Positions 33,436 through 34,224 of a DNA stretch of 34,224 bases are shown one piece after another (the stretch's first letter is position 1; the number at the start of each line of letters is the position of its first letter). The stretch lies in assembly GCA_025544715.1 (NCBI GenBank), contig GCA_025544715.1_4109.4. One strand, 5' to 3'. A program made the translations under genes and the position numbers. This DNA comes from Escherichia coli (GTDB taxonomy: Bacteria > Pseudomonadota > Gammaproteobacteria > Enterobacterales > Enterobacteriaceae). The notes beneath the pieces were generated by a model, which had not been told where the DNA came from, ran no database searches, and was given only the letters and a program-made list of their open reading frames with translations.

Positions 33436-33813
33436 TTATTTTCCTCCAACGTTAAGTGATTTCTTGTACTGATATTCTTTATAAGTACTATACCATATAT
33501 CACCAACGTAAATCAAGTACCACGTAGCAGGATAAAGAGCCAATCCAGTACTGATGTATACGAACTTTTGGTCAAGGACATCAAATACATGCAGAAGGAA
33601 AGTTACTCCCATAATGCAAGAACAAATTAACCATAAGTTATAAGCAATTGAATCGCAAGCAAAAATAGAATCAAGCTTAGAAATTAGGACATATTTGTTT
33701 GTTAAAATAAAATGAATTACTGCAACTAAACAATATCCTGCCATAAAAATAGAAATTAAAAAAGACAGAATAATTGGAATATTCAACAACAAAAGTAAAA
33801 TAGTGTTTACCAT
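33436..33813 (-). CDS. small membrane protein, 125 aa
   Basis: Several hydrophobic segments. Confidence 0.6.
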   Translation of the reverse strand: MVNTILLLLLNIPIILSFLISIFMAGYCLVAVIHFILTNKYVLISKLDSIFACDSIAYNLWLICSCIMGVTFLLHVFDVLDQKFVYISTGLALYPATWYLIYVGDIWYSTYKEYQYKKSLNVGGK

Positions 33814-33823
33814 TTTTTAAGTC

Positions 33824-34183
33824 CTATATTTCACAGTGTAAGTTCAATTTATCTATATCTAGGTCACGGCGTACCGATGAGTCCAAGTAAATTACTATAT
33901 AGATATCACCATTACCAGTTCTTGGGTCTACAATTAATATTACGTTTGCTAATGTACCAGAATCATCTCTATAAGTCGAGATTTTTTTATTACCAATAAT
34001 ACTTTCAGCCATAAATCTATAAACAATATCATCTATAACTATATTTTTACCATTTCTAGGGTCGTTAGTCAATACATGCCACGTTCCCTTAGTACTACGA
34101 CAATATGTTTCTGCTGCTGCACCATAACTAAAACATGAAAATAATGCACACACAAGTGCTATTAATTTTATATAACTTTTCAT
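33824..34183 (-). CDS. secreted protein (signal peptide), 119 aa
   Basis: N-term MKSYIKLIALVCALFSCFSYGAAA. Confidence 0.6.
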   Translation of the reverse strand: MKSYIKLIALVCALFSCFSYGAAAETYCRSTKGTWHVLTNDPRNGKNIVIDDIVYRFMAESIIGNKKISTYRDDSGTLANVILIVDPRTGNGDIYIVIYLDSSVRRDLDIDKLNLHCEI

Positions 34184-34224
34184 AACAAACCTCTAACGAG
34201 AAATACTTCTGTACTATATATATG

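Overview
AT-rich window that reads as an early/hyperplastic accessory region of a T4-like (Tevenvirinae-type) phage; the anchor is a clear homolog of T4 endonuclease V (denV, 21562..22077, minus). Layout: (1) 1-1600, non-coding and repeat-dense, with many copies of a TCAGTACTG box, an iteron-like CTAG-rich cluster and micro-tandem repeats; (2) 1598-5294, a minus-strand tandem array of about 15 paralogous small proteins (59-81 aa) driven by a consensus TTGACA-17-TATAAT promoter at 5318-5346; (3) 5396-14704, eight plus-strand paralogs sharing a 12-aa N-terminal leader (MLPFGRMxKYGN) fused to divergent bodies, mostly RCC1-like beta-propellers, one glycine-rich, one frameshifted, each unit bounded by a conserved terminator/promoter/SD cassette; (4) 14685-34183, a long minus-strand block of small genes: two arrays of paralogous ~113-aa membrane proteins, many signal-peptide proteins, two protein-kinase-like ORFs, a P-loop NTPase, a zinc-ribbon/GIY-YIG-like nuclease candidate and denV, punctuated by nine copies of a bifunctional cassette (UUCG-tetraloop terminator hairpin carrying the -35 TTGACT of the next promoter). 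All calls are from reading sequence and the ORF track; no database search was run. The ORF track uses alternative start codons, so several starts were moved to an internal ATG with an SD. Coordinates of non-ORF elements were counted by hand and may be off by 1-2 nt.
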